Positions 1-9,481 of a stretch of DNA of 41,787 bases are shown piece after piece. The notes beneath the pieces are model-generated. The model saw only the letters and a program-made list of their open reading frames with translations, was not told the DNA's origin and ran no database searches. This DNA comes from a virus (taxonomy: Duplodnaviria; Caudoviricetes): the IMG/VR virus record IMGVR_UViG_3300025759_000197, positions 1 through 41,787 of that record, one strand, 5' to 3'. Position 1 is the first letter of the stretch; the number at the start of each line of letters is the position of its first letter. A program made the position numbers and the translations under genes.

Positions 1-695
1 CAGCACAGTCATATAATTTAATATTACCTACGTCAGTAGGAACAAGTGGACAGGTACTTGCTACAGCAGGTTCTAACACAAACCAATTATCTTGGATTGA
101 TGCAACAGAAACTAAACCAACAGTAGCCAATGTTTCACAAACAATAGCTCCTGCAACTGCTACAACAATAAGTATTACAGGAACAAACTTTGTATCAATA
201 CCACAAGTAGATTTTATAAATGGTTCTACTGGTGCTGTAACAAGAGCAAACACAGTATCATTTACAAACGCTACAACTCTTTCAGTAAACTGTACTTTAG
301 CTTCTGGTAATTATTATGTAAGAATAGAAAACCCAGATGGTAACGCAGGAAGAAGCACAAACAATATTATTACTGCGTCTACTGCTCCTACATTTACTAC
401 AAATGCAGGTTCACTAGGAACATTTGCAGGTAACTTTTCAGGAAATCTTGTAACAATCGCAGGTACTTCAGATAGTGCAGTAACATTTTCTGAAGTAGGC
501 TCAAATTTAACAACAGCTAATGTAACTCTTTCGTCAGCAGGAGTTTTAGCAACAACAGATTTTGGTGGTAGCTCAACAAGTGCTACACAATATAATTTTA
601 CAATTAGAATAACAGATGCCGAAGGTCAAACAGCAGACAGAAGTTTTAGCTTAACTTCTAGCTTCGGTGCAACAGGAGGAGCGCAATTTAACTAA
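1..695 (+). CDS. Tail fibre protein, C-terminal part (5'-truncated); IPT/TIG-like plus Ig-like domains
   Basis: Open frame from base 3 (AQSYNLILPTSVGTSGQVLAT...TISITGTNF...YYVRIENPDG...SFGATGGAQFN*). TAA at 693-695 overlaps the next ATG. Thr/Ser/Gly-rich and resembles 3095..3904. Confidence 0.8.
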   Translation, partial: AQSYNLILPTSVGTSGQVLATAGSNTNQLSWIDATETKPTVANVSQTIAPATATTISITGTNFVSIPQVDFINGSTGAVTRANTVSFTNATTLSVNCTLASGNYYVRIENPDGNAGRSTNNIITASTAPTFTTNAGSLGTFAGNFSGNLVTIAGTSDSAVTFSEVGSNLTTANVTLSSAGVLATTDFGGSSTSATQYNFTIRITDAEGQTADRSFSLTSSFGATGGAQFN

Positions 696-2020
696 TGGCT
701 AATACATACGCAATAAGAAGTGTCACATCACCAGAAAACTTTACTAAACTAACAGTATCTTGTTGGTTTAAAGGTAAGCAAGATGGTACACAAAGAGGAA
801 TATGGGGTATTTATGATAGTGCAAGTACCACTAAATTTTTTGGAATATATTATTCATCTAATGGAAGTCTTTATGCTTATTGGAGACAAGGTGGGTCAGG
901 TATAATTTTTACTTTAGGAACAATGCAAAAATTTAATGACCCTAATGCTTGGTATCATTTAGTTTTAACTATGGACACAACTTTAGCAACTGCTTCTGAT
1001 AGAGTTAAAATGTATATTAATGGCGAAAGAATAACTGTTTTTGAAGATTCTTTAGATACAATTACACAAGATTTTGATTGTGCTAATTTAGGTGATACAA
1101 ATGGTAGAATACAATGGGGTGGAAATGTAATATCTGGAACACAATATTATTGGAATGGTTTATTATCTCATTGTCATATGTGCGTAGGTTATGCTTATCA
1201 AGCATCATCTTTTGGAGAAACAGATGCAACAACTGGAGAATGGAAAATAAATACTTCTCCAAGTGTATCTTATGGAACTAATGGTGGATTTTGGTTTAAA
1301 GATGGAAACCAATTAACAGACAGCTCTACTAATTCAAATACTTTAACAGTTGGTGGTGGTACACTTACAAAAACAGAAGATTGTCCAAGCAATGTTTTTG
1401 CTACATGGAATCCTTTAGACCATAAAAGCACTGGTTGGAATATGCAAAATGGCAATACAAGATTACAAGGAACTGGTGGAGATAGTTGGGAAACTAGGAG
1501 AGCAATATCTACTATAGGTGCATCATCTGGTAAATATTATGCTGAACTAAAAATGACAACAGCAGGAAATGACAGTTATCCTTTTGGTGTTGGCTATGAT
1601 GTTTTTGAAAATAGTTATAGTTCATCTATGGGTTCTAATTCTAATTTTTGGGGTTATTATCAACCATCAGGTGGTCAAATATATGGCGGTGGAACTGGCT
1701 CTCCATTAGAAACTTCTTTAGGTGGTGGAACAGGAGATATTATAGGAATTGCATTAGATATTGATAACTCAACTTTGCAATTTTATAAAAATGGTTCAAC
1801 TATGGGAAGTCAAATAACTGGGTTGCCATCTGGAAAAACATGGTTTTTTGCATCAAGTGGTTATGGAAATACGAACACTTTTGATGCTAACTTCGGCAAT
1901 GGCTACTTCGGAACAACAGCAGTATCTAGTGCAGGAACTAACGCAAGTGGAATAGGAATATTTGAATATGATGTACCAACAGGCTTTACAGCTTTATCAA
2001 CAAAAGGATTAAACTTATAA
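695..2020 (+). CDS. Tail fibre/receptor-binding protein with LamG/ConA-like and SPRY-like domains
   Basis: TVSCWFK, DPNAWYHLV, RVKMYING (LamG-like); SSGKYYAE, GDIIGIALDID, FYKNG, ANFG (SPRY-like). Confidence 0.75.
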   Translation: MANTYAIRSVTSPENFTKLTVSCWFKGKQDGTQRGIWGIYDSASTTKFFGIYYSSNGSLYAYWRQGGSGIIFTLGTMQKFNDPNAWYHLVLTMDTTLATASDRVKMYINGERITVFEDSLDTITQDFDCANLGDTNGRIQWGGNVISGTQYYWNGLLSHCHMCVGYAYQASSFGETDATTGEWKINTSPSVSYGTNGGFWFKDGNQLTDSSTNSNTLTVGGGTLTKTEDCPSNVFATWNPLDHKSTGWNMQNGNTRLQGTGGDSWETRRAISTIGASSGKYYAELKMTTAGNDSYPFGVGYDVFENSYSSSMGSNSNFWGYYQPSGGQIYGGGTGSPLETSLGGGTGDIIGIALDIDNSTLQFYKNGSTMGSQITGLPSGKTWFFASSGYGNTNTFDANFGNGYFGTTAVSSAGTNASGIGIFEYDVPTGFTALSTKGLNL

Positions 2021-3087
2021 TGGCTTATACAACAATTAATAAATCTACAGATTATTTTAATACTAAACTTTATACTGGTAATGGTTCAACTCAATCTATT
2101 ACAGGTGTTGGCTTTTCAGATTGGGTTTGGATTAAATCAAGAAGTGATACAAGTAATCATAGAATATATGATGCTGTTAGAGGTGGAACAAAAACACTTT
2201 ATTCAAATTTAACTAATGCACAAGGAACTAATGCAGATGCTATAACTTCTTTTGATAGTGATGGTTTTACTTTAGGTGCTAATGCTCAATCAAATGGAAA
2301 TGGTTTAAGTTTAGCTTCTTGGAACTGGAAAGCAAATGGTACTGGTTCAGCAAATACAGATGGAAGCATAACCTCAACTGTTAGTGCTAATACAACAAGT
2401 GGATTTTCAATCGTAAAATGGACAGCAGGTTCAGGTGTAAGTGGGATTGGACATGGTCTTGGAGTAATTCCAAAATTAATTATTTGTAAAAATTTAAGTG
2501 TATCTTCAGCATGGACTGTTGGAAGTGATTTACTGAATGATTGGGGTGGTTATTTAGGTTTACAAAGTACAAATGCTCTAAATTCTGAAACTAGAATGTA
2601 TAAGCCATCAGGTTATTCATCTCCAACTGCTTCTCTTTTTTATCAAGACCATTCAGCATTTGGTAGTGCAGGTGAAGATATGATAGCTTACTGCTTCGCA
2701 GAAAAAACTGGTTATAGCAAGTTTGGTTCTTATACTGGTAATGGTTCTACTGATGGAACATTTGTTTATACAGGATTTAAACCTGCATTTGTTATGATTA
2801 AATGCTCATCATCTGGTGGCTCTTATACATCTTGGTCAATATTTGATACTACTAGACAAACTTTTAATGTTAATTCTGGAAAAACTTTATATGCAAACCG
2901 AAGTTATGAAGAGGGTAAAAGAGGTCAAGGAGATGCAAGTACAACTATTCCAGGAATAGATATGTTATCAAATGGTTTTAAATGTAGAGTATTAAATGAC
3001 GAAGTTAATAATACAGCAGAATACATCTACATGGCATTTGGTCAATCATTAGTAGGTTCAAACAATGTACCATGTACAGCGAGGTAA
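2020..3087 (+). CDS. Tail fibre-associated protein with YTGNG repeats
   Basis: Repeated LYTGNGS / SYTGNGS, WVWIKSR and TGFKPAFVMIK motifs typical of marine phage fibre modules; TAATG coupling. Confidence 0.7.
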   Translation: MAYTTINKSTDYFNTKLYTGNGSTQSITGVGFSDWVWIKSRSDTSNHRIYDAVRGGTKTLYSNLTNAQGTNADAITSFDSDGFTLGANAQSNGNGLSLASWNWKANGTGSANTDGSITSTVSANTTSGFSIVKWTAGSGVSGIGHGLGVIPKLIICKNLSVSSAWTVGSDLLNDWGGYLGLQSTNALNSETRMYKPSGYSSPTASLFYQDHSAFGSAGEDMIAYCFAEKTGYSKFGSYTGNGSTDGTFVYTGFKPAFVMIKCSSSGGSYTSWSIFDTTRQTFNVNSGKTLYANRSYEEGKRGQGDASTTIPGIDMLSNGFKCRVLNDEVNNTAEYIYMAFGQSLVGSNNVPCTAR

Positions 3088-3094
3088 ATAAAAT

Positions 3095-3904
3095 ATGACA
3101 AAAGCAAGAGATTTAGCAAACTTTAATCCAACAAATATTACAGATACTGGTACTGAAGGTACTAAAGTAGCTTCTGGTACTACAGCACAAAGAGGTTCTA
3201 CTACTGGTCAATTTAGATTTAATTCTACTACTGGATTAGCTGAATATTATACTGGTACTGGTTTTAAAACTATTGATACTCCACCAACAATTTCGTCACT
3301 TGATGTCACAGAAGTAGATAGTCAAGCAGGTGGTAATCAAACAATAGTTATTACTGGTTCTGGTTTTAGTTCTGGTGCTACTGTGACTTTCGTTGGAAAT
3401 AGTGGAACAGATTTTAACGCATCAACTGTAACAGTAAATAGTGAAACTCAAATTACAGCAGTTGCACCTAAAGCTAGTTTTTTAAATGCACAAGAACCTT
3501 ATGGTGTTAAAGTCACAAATGTTTCTGGTTTAGCAGTTATACTTGCTAGTCAAATAAATGTAGATACTTCACCTAGTTGGCAAACTGCAAGTGGTTCTTT
3601 AGGTTCAATATTTTCAAATGATACTGGAAATCATTTTACAGTTTCAGCAACAGACCCAGATGGAGATACAGTTACATATTCAGAAACAGCTTCAGTTTTG
3701 TCTAGTCAAAATTTAACTTTAAATTCATCTACTGGAGTTATTTCTGGCGACCCAACAGATGTTTCTTCGGATACAACATTAAGTTTTACTTTAAGAGCAA
3801 CAGCAAATTCTAAAAATGCAGATAGAGCATTTACAATTTTATTAAAACCACCAACAAACTATTATGGAGATGGTTCAGATGGTGATTTAGATACAACACC
3901 ATAA
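3095..3904 (+). CDS. Virion/tail fibre protein with IPT/TIG and Ig-like domains
   Basis: MTKARDLA N-terminus, GTTAQR..G.FRFN, TIVITGSGF, ATDPDGDTVTY, LNSSTGVISG. Confidence 0.7.
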   Translation: MTKARDLANFNPTNITDTGTEGTKVASGTTAQRGSTTGQFRFNSTTGLAEYYTGTGFKTIDTPPTISSLDVTEVDSQAGGNQTIVITGSGFSSGATVTFVGNSGTDFNASTVTVNSETQITAVAPKASFLNAQEPYGVKVTNVSGLAVILASQINVDTSPSWQTASGSLGSIFSNDTGNHFTVSATDPDGDTVTYSETASVLSSQNLTLNSSTGVISGDPTDVSSDTTLSFTLRATANSKNADRAFTILLKPPTNYYGDGSDGDLDTTP

Positions 3905-3926
3905 TGACAAAGGAGAATAATTAACA

Positions 3927-4952
3927 ATGGCAAATGTAACTTACACAGTACCTAATAAAAATGGTTCGTATGATGGCGATATGGTTGTTAAACAATACAC
4001 ATCAATGACAATAGATAGTGGAGATACTGTTACTGTAGACCAACCATGTAGAGGTTTATTTATTTTAGTTAAAGGTGACTGTATAATTAATGGAACATTA
4101 AGCATGACAGCTAGAGGTGCTTTTGCAAACCCTACATCAAGTGGTGGTTCAGATAATAATTCAGTAGACAGTAATGGATTAAGATTTCCTTTTTTAACTT
4201 CTGGTGGCTCATCATCATTAACTGCAAGTAATACTTTGTTAAATGGTTGTGGAACAGAAGCAAGAAGTGTTATTTCAAATTTTCAAACATTATCTAGTAA
4301 TGGAACAATTATATCTATACCTAGAGTAGGAACTACTAGAGGAAGTGGAGCAAACGCATACAATAGTTCAAGTGCAATCGCTGGTGGTGATGGTGGAACT
4401 ACCTCAAATGGTTGTGGGGGTGGTGGAGCAGGAAAAGCATATTACAAAGCATATTCTCAAGATGGTGGTTTATCAAGTTGTTTTGGTGGTGGGTCAGGAA
4501 GTGGTGCTATACGTTCTTATAGCTCTAATAACTCAAACTCAAGTAATCCAGTTGATTATGGGGGTCAAGGTGGTCAAGGACAATATTTTGGTTCATTTAA
4601 TAATGTTTGTGGTGGTGGAGCAGGAAATCCTGGTGGAAGTTCTCAAGGAACTTCAACTAGTGGAACAAATGGAACAGGTGGTGTAATAATTTTAGTGGTT
4701 GCAGGTAATGTAACAATAGGTGCATCAGGTAAAATTTTAGCAAATGGTTCTCCAGGTGGAGTAGCATCTGGCAATGCTAATGACATGGAAGGTGGAGCTT
4801 CTGGTGGTGGTAGAATTATTATTGCACACAGAGGTACATATTCAAATAGTGGAACTGTTCAAGCTGTAGGTGGAAAATCTGCAACTTCAGGAATGTCAGG
4901 AACAGGTGGAGATGGTGGTGCAGGAACAGTTACAGTAGAACAAGTTAATTAA
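3927..4952 (+). CDS. Glycine-rich tail fibre tip/adhesin-like protein
   Basis: Gly-rich runs (GGGGAG, GTGGVIIL, SGGGRIII); strong SD AAGGAG upstream. Confidence 0.7.
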   Translation: MANVTYTVPNKNGSYDGDMVVKQYTSMTIDSGDTVTVDQPCRGLFILVKGDCIINGTLSMTARGAFANPTSSGGSDNNSVDSNGLRFPFLTSGGSSSLTASNTLLNGCGTEARSVISNFQTLSSNGTIISIPRVGTTRGSGANAYNSSSAIAGGDGGTTSNGCGGGGAGKAYYKAYSQDGGLSSCFGGGSGSGAIRSYSSNNSNSSNPVDYGGQGGQGQYFGSFNNVCGGGAGNPGGSSQGTSTSGTNGTGGVIILVVAGNVTIGASGKILANGSPGGVASGNANDMEGGASGGGRIIIAHRGTYSNSGTVQAVGGKSATSGMSGTGGDGGAGTVTVEQVN

Positions 4953-5015
4953 ATCTTATGAATAATTATCTGCTAATAAATTTAGATTATATAAAAGATA
5001 ATAAGGAAATAACTA

Positions 5016-5255
5016 ATGCCTAGAAAAAAAATTACACCAAAAGACTTTGCAGAAGTTTCAGCAGGTGTAAGACTTTCATCACATGAGAAACTTTGTGCTG
5101 AAAGAATGAAACAAATTCAAGAAAGTATTAAAGAATTAAATAAAGAAGTTAAAAATTTAAGAACTGATGTTTCAAAAGGAAAAGGTATGGTTCAAGTGCT
5201 TGTCTTTTTAGGAACAATAGTTGCAGGAATTATTGGTTTCTTTCAATACAGATAG
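5016..5255 (+). CDS. Small coiled-coil protein with C-terminal transmembrane helix
   Basis: SD AAGGA; HEKLCAER, heptad stretch, hydrophobic C-terminus. Confidence 0.7.
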   Translation: MPRKKITPKDFAEVSAGVRLSSHEKLCAERMKQIQESIKELNKEVKNLRTDVSKGKGMVQVLVFLGTIVAGIIGFFQYR

Positions 5256-5264
5256 AAATTAATA

Positions 5265-5474
5265 ATGTTTAAAATAACCGCCATACTTTGTGTAATGGCA
5301 GTGAATGGTCAAAATCTATGTCTTTCAGGAGACATACCTTTAACTAAACCAGTTGAAAGTAAAGAAATGTGCATGAATACAATAACAAGTATTGCCATTT
5401 CTGTAGATGCAGAATTTAAGAACAGAGGCATTCTTTTAGAAATGTCCTGTAAACAAATAGGAGAACAAATATGA
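5265..5474 (+). CDS. Hypothetical protein, possible signal peptide, Cys-containing
   Basis: ORF track; hydrophobic N-terminus; tight packing with neighbours. Confidence 0.6.
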   Translation: MFKITAILCVMAVNGQNLCLSGDIPLTKPVESKEMCMNTITSIAISVDAEFKNRGILLEMSCKQIGEQI

Positions 5475-5593
5475 TAATATATGGATATTCATTAAAGACT
5501 TGGAAAGATAAAGCAAAGATATATTGGCTAAATACAGATAAAAAACTTTTTGTAGCCTTTGTAGCATGGTCAGTGCTTTTATGGGTAATGTAA
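5471..5593 (+). CDS. Small membrane protein (40 aa), not in ORF track
   Basis: Hand translation MIIYGYSLKTWKDKAKIYWLNTDKKLFVAFVAWSVLLWVM*; SD AGGAG; ATGA overlap with upstream gene. Confidence 0.65.
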   Translation: MIIYGYSLKTWKDKAKIYWLNTDKKLFVAFVAWSVLLWVM

Positions 5594-5594
5594 C

Positions 5595-5948
5595 ATGTGG
5601 TTTGCTTTACTAAAAAATCCCCTTACAAAGATAATAGCAGAAAAAACATTTGGTGCTATTCAGCATAAATTACAAAAAGATAAAATTGTAAGAGAAAAAG
5701 AATTAGATGCGGCTTCACAAATCTCAATAGAACAAATTAAACAACAAGAGCATTCGTGGAAAGATGAATGGTTATGTTTATTTTTCACAATTTTAATGGG
5801 ACTTCATTTTGTTCCATACTTCCAAGACACAATGGAACGTGGTTGGTCAATATTACAAAATGCTGACCCTATGTTTTGGTACATTATTCTAACAATAGTT
5901 GGTGCATCATTTGGTGTAACTACAATGAATAAGTTGAAAAAGAAATGA
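5595..5948 (+). CDS. Putative holin
   Basis: SWKDEW followed by two hydrophobic helices and a basic C-terminal tail (KLKKK); lies in the lysis-gene region. Confidence 0.55.
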   Translation: MWFALLKNPLTKIIAEKTFGAIQHKLQKDKIVREKELDAASQISIEQIKQQEHSWKDEWLCLFFTILMGLHFVPYFQDTMERGWSILQNADPMFWYIILTIVGASFGVTTMNKLKKK

Positions 5949-6067
5949 TAGATAGAATTGCGTTTTTTATTTTTGGTTTACTAGATAAATTTTCAGAACA
6001 TTTAGACAATATGTTCTTTCCAAAAAAATGTAAATGTAAAGACAAAGAAAAGTGTAAGTGTAAATGA
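5945..6067 (+). CDS. Small protein (40 aa) with KCKCK repeats, not in ORF track
   Basis: MIDRIAFFIFGLLDKFSEHLDNMFFPKKCKCKDKEKCKCK*; ATGA overlaps at both ends. Confidence 0.6.
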   Translation: MIDRIAFFIFGLLDKFSEHLDNMFFPKKCKCKDKEKCKCK

Positions 6068-6429
6068 AAGTATCAGAAAATACATCTGTAAGTATGCCAA
6101 TTAAAAATATGGTTGGTATAATTGTAGCTGTAGCTATGGGTATATTTGCATATACAGAAGTAACAGCAAGACTTACATCATTGGAAACTTCAAGAGAGTT
6201 ATTTCAAGCAGATTTACTTAAAAAAAGTGAACAAAAACCTACTGACCAAGAACAATTTATGTTGTTGGAAGAACTTTATAAAACTGTAGAGAAAATAGAA
6301 TTAAGAATTGAAGACATGATGCACAACAAAGTCAATATAGAATTTGTACAAAAACAATTATCAAAAGCTCTAACTGATATTGAAGAATTAAAAGATAAAG
6401 TCAGAGCAAATGGCAATGGAACACACTGA
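6064..6429 (+). CDS. Membrane-anchored coiled-coil protein (i-spanin-like topology, unproven)
   Basis: N-terminal TM (MVGIIVAVAMGIFAY) then long heptad region. Confidence 0.55.
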   Translation: MKVSENTSVSMPIKNMVGIIVAVAMGIFAYTEVTARLTSLETSRELFQADLLKKSEQKPTDQEQFMLLEELYKTVEKIELRIEDMMHNKVNIEFVQKQLSKALTDIEELKDKVRANGNGTH

Positions 6430-6557
6430 TGCCAAGACCTGTTCGCAAATGGATTGTAAAACTGCGAATGTGGTATGCGGATATTAGAGGTCATCATGGC
6501 AAAAGGTGGGATTATGAGCCATCAAAACATTACATGGGGAGAAATAAACACAAATGA
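6429..6557 (+). CDS. Small basic protein (42 aa), not in ORF track
   Basis: MPRPVRKWIVKLRMWYADIRGHHGKRWDYEPSKHYMGRNKHK*; TGATG and ATGA coupling fill the gap exactly. Confidence 0.65.
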   Translation: MPRPVRKWIVKLRMWYADIRGHHGKRWDYEPSKHYMGRNKHK

Positions 6558-6769
6558 TAGAAACTGTGGTTGCTTTATTAATGATAATTAATGGAGAAAT
6601 CAAAGAACATAGAATACAGCCATCTATGAGTGAGTGCCTTAAAGGTAAAAGGATAGCACAAAGAGGTGAAACAGGTGGAAATATAGAACATCAATGTATT
6701 CGTAGTGAAGCAGAATTAGAGCAAAATATTGATGGTAGTTGGTCTATCAGAAAATTAATTTTAAAATAA
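6554..6769 (+). CDS. Hypothetical protein
   Basis: ORF track; SD GGGAG; MSECLKGKR motif. Confidence 0.65.
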   Translation: MIETVVALLMIINGEIKEHRIQPSMSECLKGKRIAQRGETGGNIEHQCIRSEAELEQNIDGSWSIRKLILK

Positions 6770-6772
6770 GAA

Positions 6773-6901
6773 ATGGCAAAAGCACCGAAGTGGGGTGAAA
6801 ATAATTATGTTAAAGACAAACCCAGAAAACGAAAAGGAAGACACACAAAGTCTCCAAATAAACGAAACGACAAGAAAAAATACAGAGGACAAGGTCGTTA
6901 A
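6773..6901 (+). CDS. Small Lys/Arg-rich protein ending in YRGQGR (42 aa), not in ORF track
   Basis: MAKAPKWGENNYVKDKPRKRKGRHTKSPNKRNDKKKYRGQGR*; I recognise the C-terminal YRGQG motif from small basic marine-phage proteins. Confidence 0.7.
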   Translation: MAKAPKWGENNYVKDKPRKRKGRHTKSPNKRNDKKKYRGQGR

Positions 6902-7106
6902 ACCAGAATTAGGTACAATTATAAAAGAGTTACCACAATTATTAGTAACTCATGCTTATAAAAAGCTAAAATCAGGAGATGAACTGACAGCTTCAGAAAT
7001 GAAAGTCTGTTTAGAAGTTTGTAAAACTTACAGCTCCGAACCTTTAGAGAAAAAAGAAGAAAACATTTTAGATACAGTACCATTTGATGATGGACAAAAG
7101 AATTAA
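6807..7106 (+). CDS. Terminase small subunit (T7 gp18-like)
   Basis: Immediately upstream of TerL; KLKSGDELTASEMKV and terminal VPF. ATG 6807 chosen for GGGGTG SD; GTG 6795 is an alternative start. Confidence 0.7.
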   Translation: MLKTNPENEKEDTQSLQINETTRKNTEDKVVKPELGTIIKELPQLLVTHAYKKLKSGDELTASEMKVCLEVCKTYSSEPLEKKEENILDTVPFDDGQKN

Positions 7107-8721
7107 TAACTTTAAAAATTTCCTGTATTTGTGTTGGAAGCATTTATCATTGCCAGACCCAACACCAGTACAATACGATATTGCTGACTATTTACAGTCT
7201 ACAGATAAGAGACTTGTAATAGAAGCGTTTAGAGGAGTAGGTAAATCTTGGATTACTTCAGCTTTTGTCTGTCATCAGTTGTTACTCAATCCTCAAAAAA
7301 ATATTTTGGTGGTCTCTGCGTCTAAAACTAGAGCAGATGACTTTTCTACGTTTACACAAAGACTAATAAGTGAAATGCCTTTGTTACAACACTTGATACC
7401 TAGAGATAATCAAAGACATTCAAAAGTATCATTTGATGTAGCACCTGCAAAAGCCTCACATGCACCATCAGTTAAATCTATGGGTATTACAGGGCAGTTA
7501 ACAGGGTCTAGGGCTGATATTATCATTGCAGATGACGTAGAGAGTGCCAATAACTCACAAACGCAGTTAATGCGTGATAGACTATCAGAAACAGTCAAAG
7601 AATTTGATGCCATTATTAAACCTAATACTGGACGTATTATATTTCTAGGAACACCTCAAAATGAGATGTCTCTATACAATACATTAGAAGAAAGAGGGTT
7701 TAAGACAAAAATATGGACTGCATTAGTACCTAACAAAACTCAAAGAATAAGTTATGGACATAAACTTGCAGATATAATTCAAGGGGACGAAGGTAAACCC
7801 ACAGACCCTAAAAGATTTGACGAAATAGACCTTATGGAAAGATTATCTTCGTATGGTCGTTCAGGTTTTAACTTACAGTTTATGTTAGACACAAGTTTGT
7901 CTGACCAAAACAGATACCCACTTAAATTAAATGATTTAATTGTAGCTTCAGGTTCTTCTACATGGAAAGAAGCTCCTGCCAAGATACAATGGGCTTCAGG
8001 CACACAGCAAATGAAAGATATAGACCCAGATATTCCTAATGTAGGACTTAAAGGGGATTATTGGGTAGCACCATTAATGATGTCTGAAGAATATACTAAA
8101 TTTGAAGGCACAGTTATGTCTATTGACCCATCAGGGCGTGGAGAAGACAAAACAGCGTATGCGGTGCTTAAAATGCTACATGGAGTGCTTTATTTGACCT
8201 CTGTAGGTTCACTAGAGGGTGGATATAGCGAAGAAACTATGGCTAGATTATCTCATATTGCTAGAAAGCATGATGTAAACTATGTGGTCATAGAGAGTAA
8301 CTTTGGTGATGGTATGGCAACCCAGTTGTTAAAACCTATCATGGCAAAGATACACCCATGTGAAATAGAAGAAGTAAGACACAATATACAAAAAGAGAAA
8401 AGAATTATAGACACACTAGAGCCACTTATGAATAGTCATAGGTTAGTTGTAGATGATGTCTTAATACACGAAGACTTTAAGAACGAACCTGACCATCAGT
8501 TGTTTAGACAAATGACAAGACTGACTAGAGACAAGGGTAGTTTAAGGCATGATGATGCCATAGACGCACTTGCAATGGCGGCTAAATACTGGGTGGACAG
8601 ATTAGATAGAGACCAAACCTTATCTTACAATCAACACAAAGAGGAACTCTTGGATAGGGAATTAGAAAAATTTATGGAACATTCAATAGGAAGGACACAG
8701 GTTAAAGACAGATGGATATAG
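7084..8721 (+). CDS. terL: Terminase large subunit (T7 gp19-like)
   Basis: AFRGVGKS Walker A, IIADDVE Walker B, FLGTPQ, SIDPSGRGEDKT and HDDAIDALA nuclease motifs. Confidence 0.97.
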   Translation: MMMDKRINNFKNFLYLCWKHLSLPDPTPVQYDIADYLQSTDKRLVIEAFRGVGKSWITSAFVCHQLLLNPQKNILVVSASKTRADDFSTFTQRLISEMPLLQHLIPRDNQRHSKVSFDVAPAKASHAPSVKSMGITGQLTGSRADIIIADDVESANNSQTQLMRDRLSETVKEFDAIIKPNTGRIIFLGTPQNEMSLYNTLEERGFKTKIWTALVPNKTQRISYGHKLADIIQGDEGKPTDPKRFDEIDLMERLSSYGRSGFNLQFMLDTSLSDQNRYPLKLNDLIVASGSSTWKEAPAKIQWASGTQQMKDIDPDIPNVGLKGDYWVAPLMMSEEYTKFEGTVMSIDPSGRGEDKTAYAVLKMLHGVLYLTSVGSLEGGYSEETMARLSHIARKHDVNYVVIESNFGDGMATQLLKPIMAKIHPCEIEEVRHNIQKEKRIIDTLEPLMNSHRLVVDDVLIHEDFKNEPDHQLFRQMTRLTRDKGSLRHDDAIDALAMAAKYWVDRLDRDQTLSYNQHKEELLDRELEKFMEHSIGRTQVKDRWI

Positions 8722-9134
8722 AACATACTAAAGAAGCAATTAAGAAAGAAGAAGGTTTCCGAATGGAGACTTATCATTGTACAGAAGGTCATCTCACAGG
8801 TGGCTATGGACACAAGATGCTAGAAGGCGAAGTACCACCTACAGATAAAGCAGGGTGGGATAAGTTATTTGAAAGAGACTTTGCTAAAGCTGTATCTGGT
8901 GCAGATGAAGTATTAAAAGAATGTCCTGCTGATATAAGTGAAACTGCAAGAAATCTTGTGGTGGAGATGGTGTATCAAATGGGTCAATTCGGTGTATCTA
9001 AATTTAAGGGTATGCTTAAAGCATTATCAGAAAAAGATTACAAACAAGCGTCAGTAGAAATGTTAGACAGCAGGTGGGCTAAACAGACACCTAATAGAGC
9101 TAACAGAATGGCTGAACGAATGGCGAATATTTAG
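8712..9134 (+). CDS. Endolysin, T4-lysozyme-like muramidase
   Basis: EEG..Y.C..G.LT.GYGH with E-x8-C-x5-T catalytic spacing, MVYQMG, EMLDSRWAKQTPNRA. Confidence 0.92.
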   Translation: MDIEHTKEAIKKEEGFRMETYHCTEGHLTGGYGHKMLEGEVPPTDKAGWDKLFERDFAKAVSGADEVLKECPADISETARNLVVEMVYQMGQFGVSKFKGMLKALSEKDYKQASVEMLDSRWAKQTPNRANRMAERMANI

Positions 9135-9463
9135 TAGAAAAATCTGTGGGGGTATACGTTATAATGAAAACCACAGTTTCCCCCACACGCCTGACGCGAG
9201 GGCGTAGAAAATGATTATTTTTCAAGTATATCGCGGCTGTCGTGCCTGTATATACGCAAAGGAGTTCATATCCTTGCACACATGGGCGTTAACTTTTTTT
9301 ATTTTTGCGTGTGTGAGAGATAGTCTGTTTTTTTGCTTTCTCTTTATCTATACGCACAGACACACGCAAAGCACCACAACAAACACCACCACAAGCCACA
9401 CAGAGCCACGCACAGAGCAATCAAGGGAGCAACGCAGGGGTTGGGTCATGTTGTTTTAAATAC

Positions 9464-9481
9464 TAAAGTTGCACTATTAGA
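9464..9481 (+). promoter_or_regulatory. Putative phage-RNAP promoter (phiOR-like position)
   Basis: TAAAGTTGCACTATTAGA, identical 18-mer at 16324; two-base variants at 26638 and 40883. Confidence 0.8.

Noticed and set aside
4345-4686. Alternative-frame 113-aa ORF
   Set aside because: Val/Glu-rich shadow of GGT/GGA glycine codons in the real gene.
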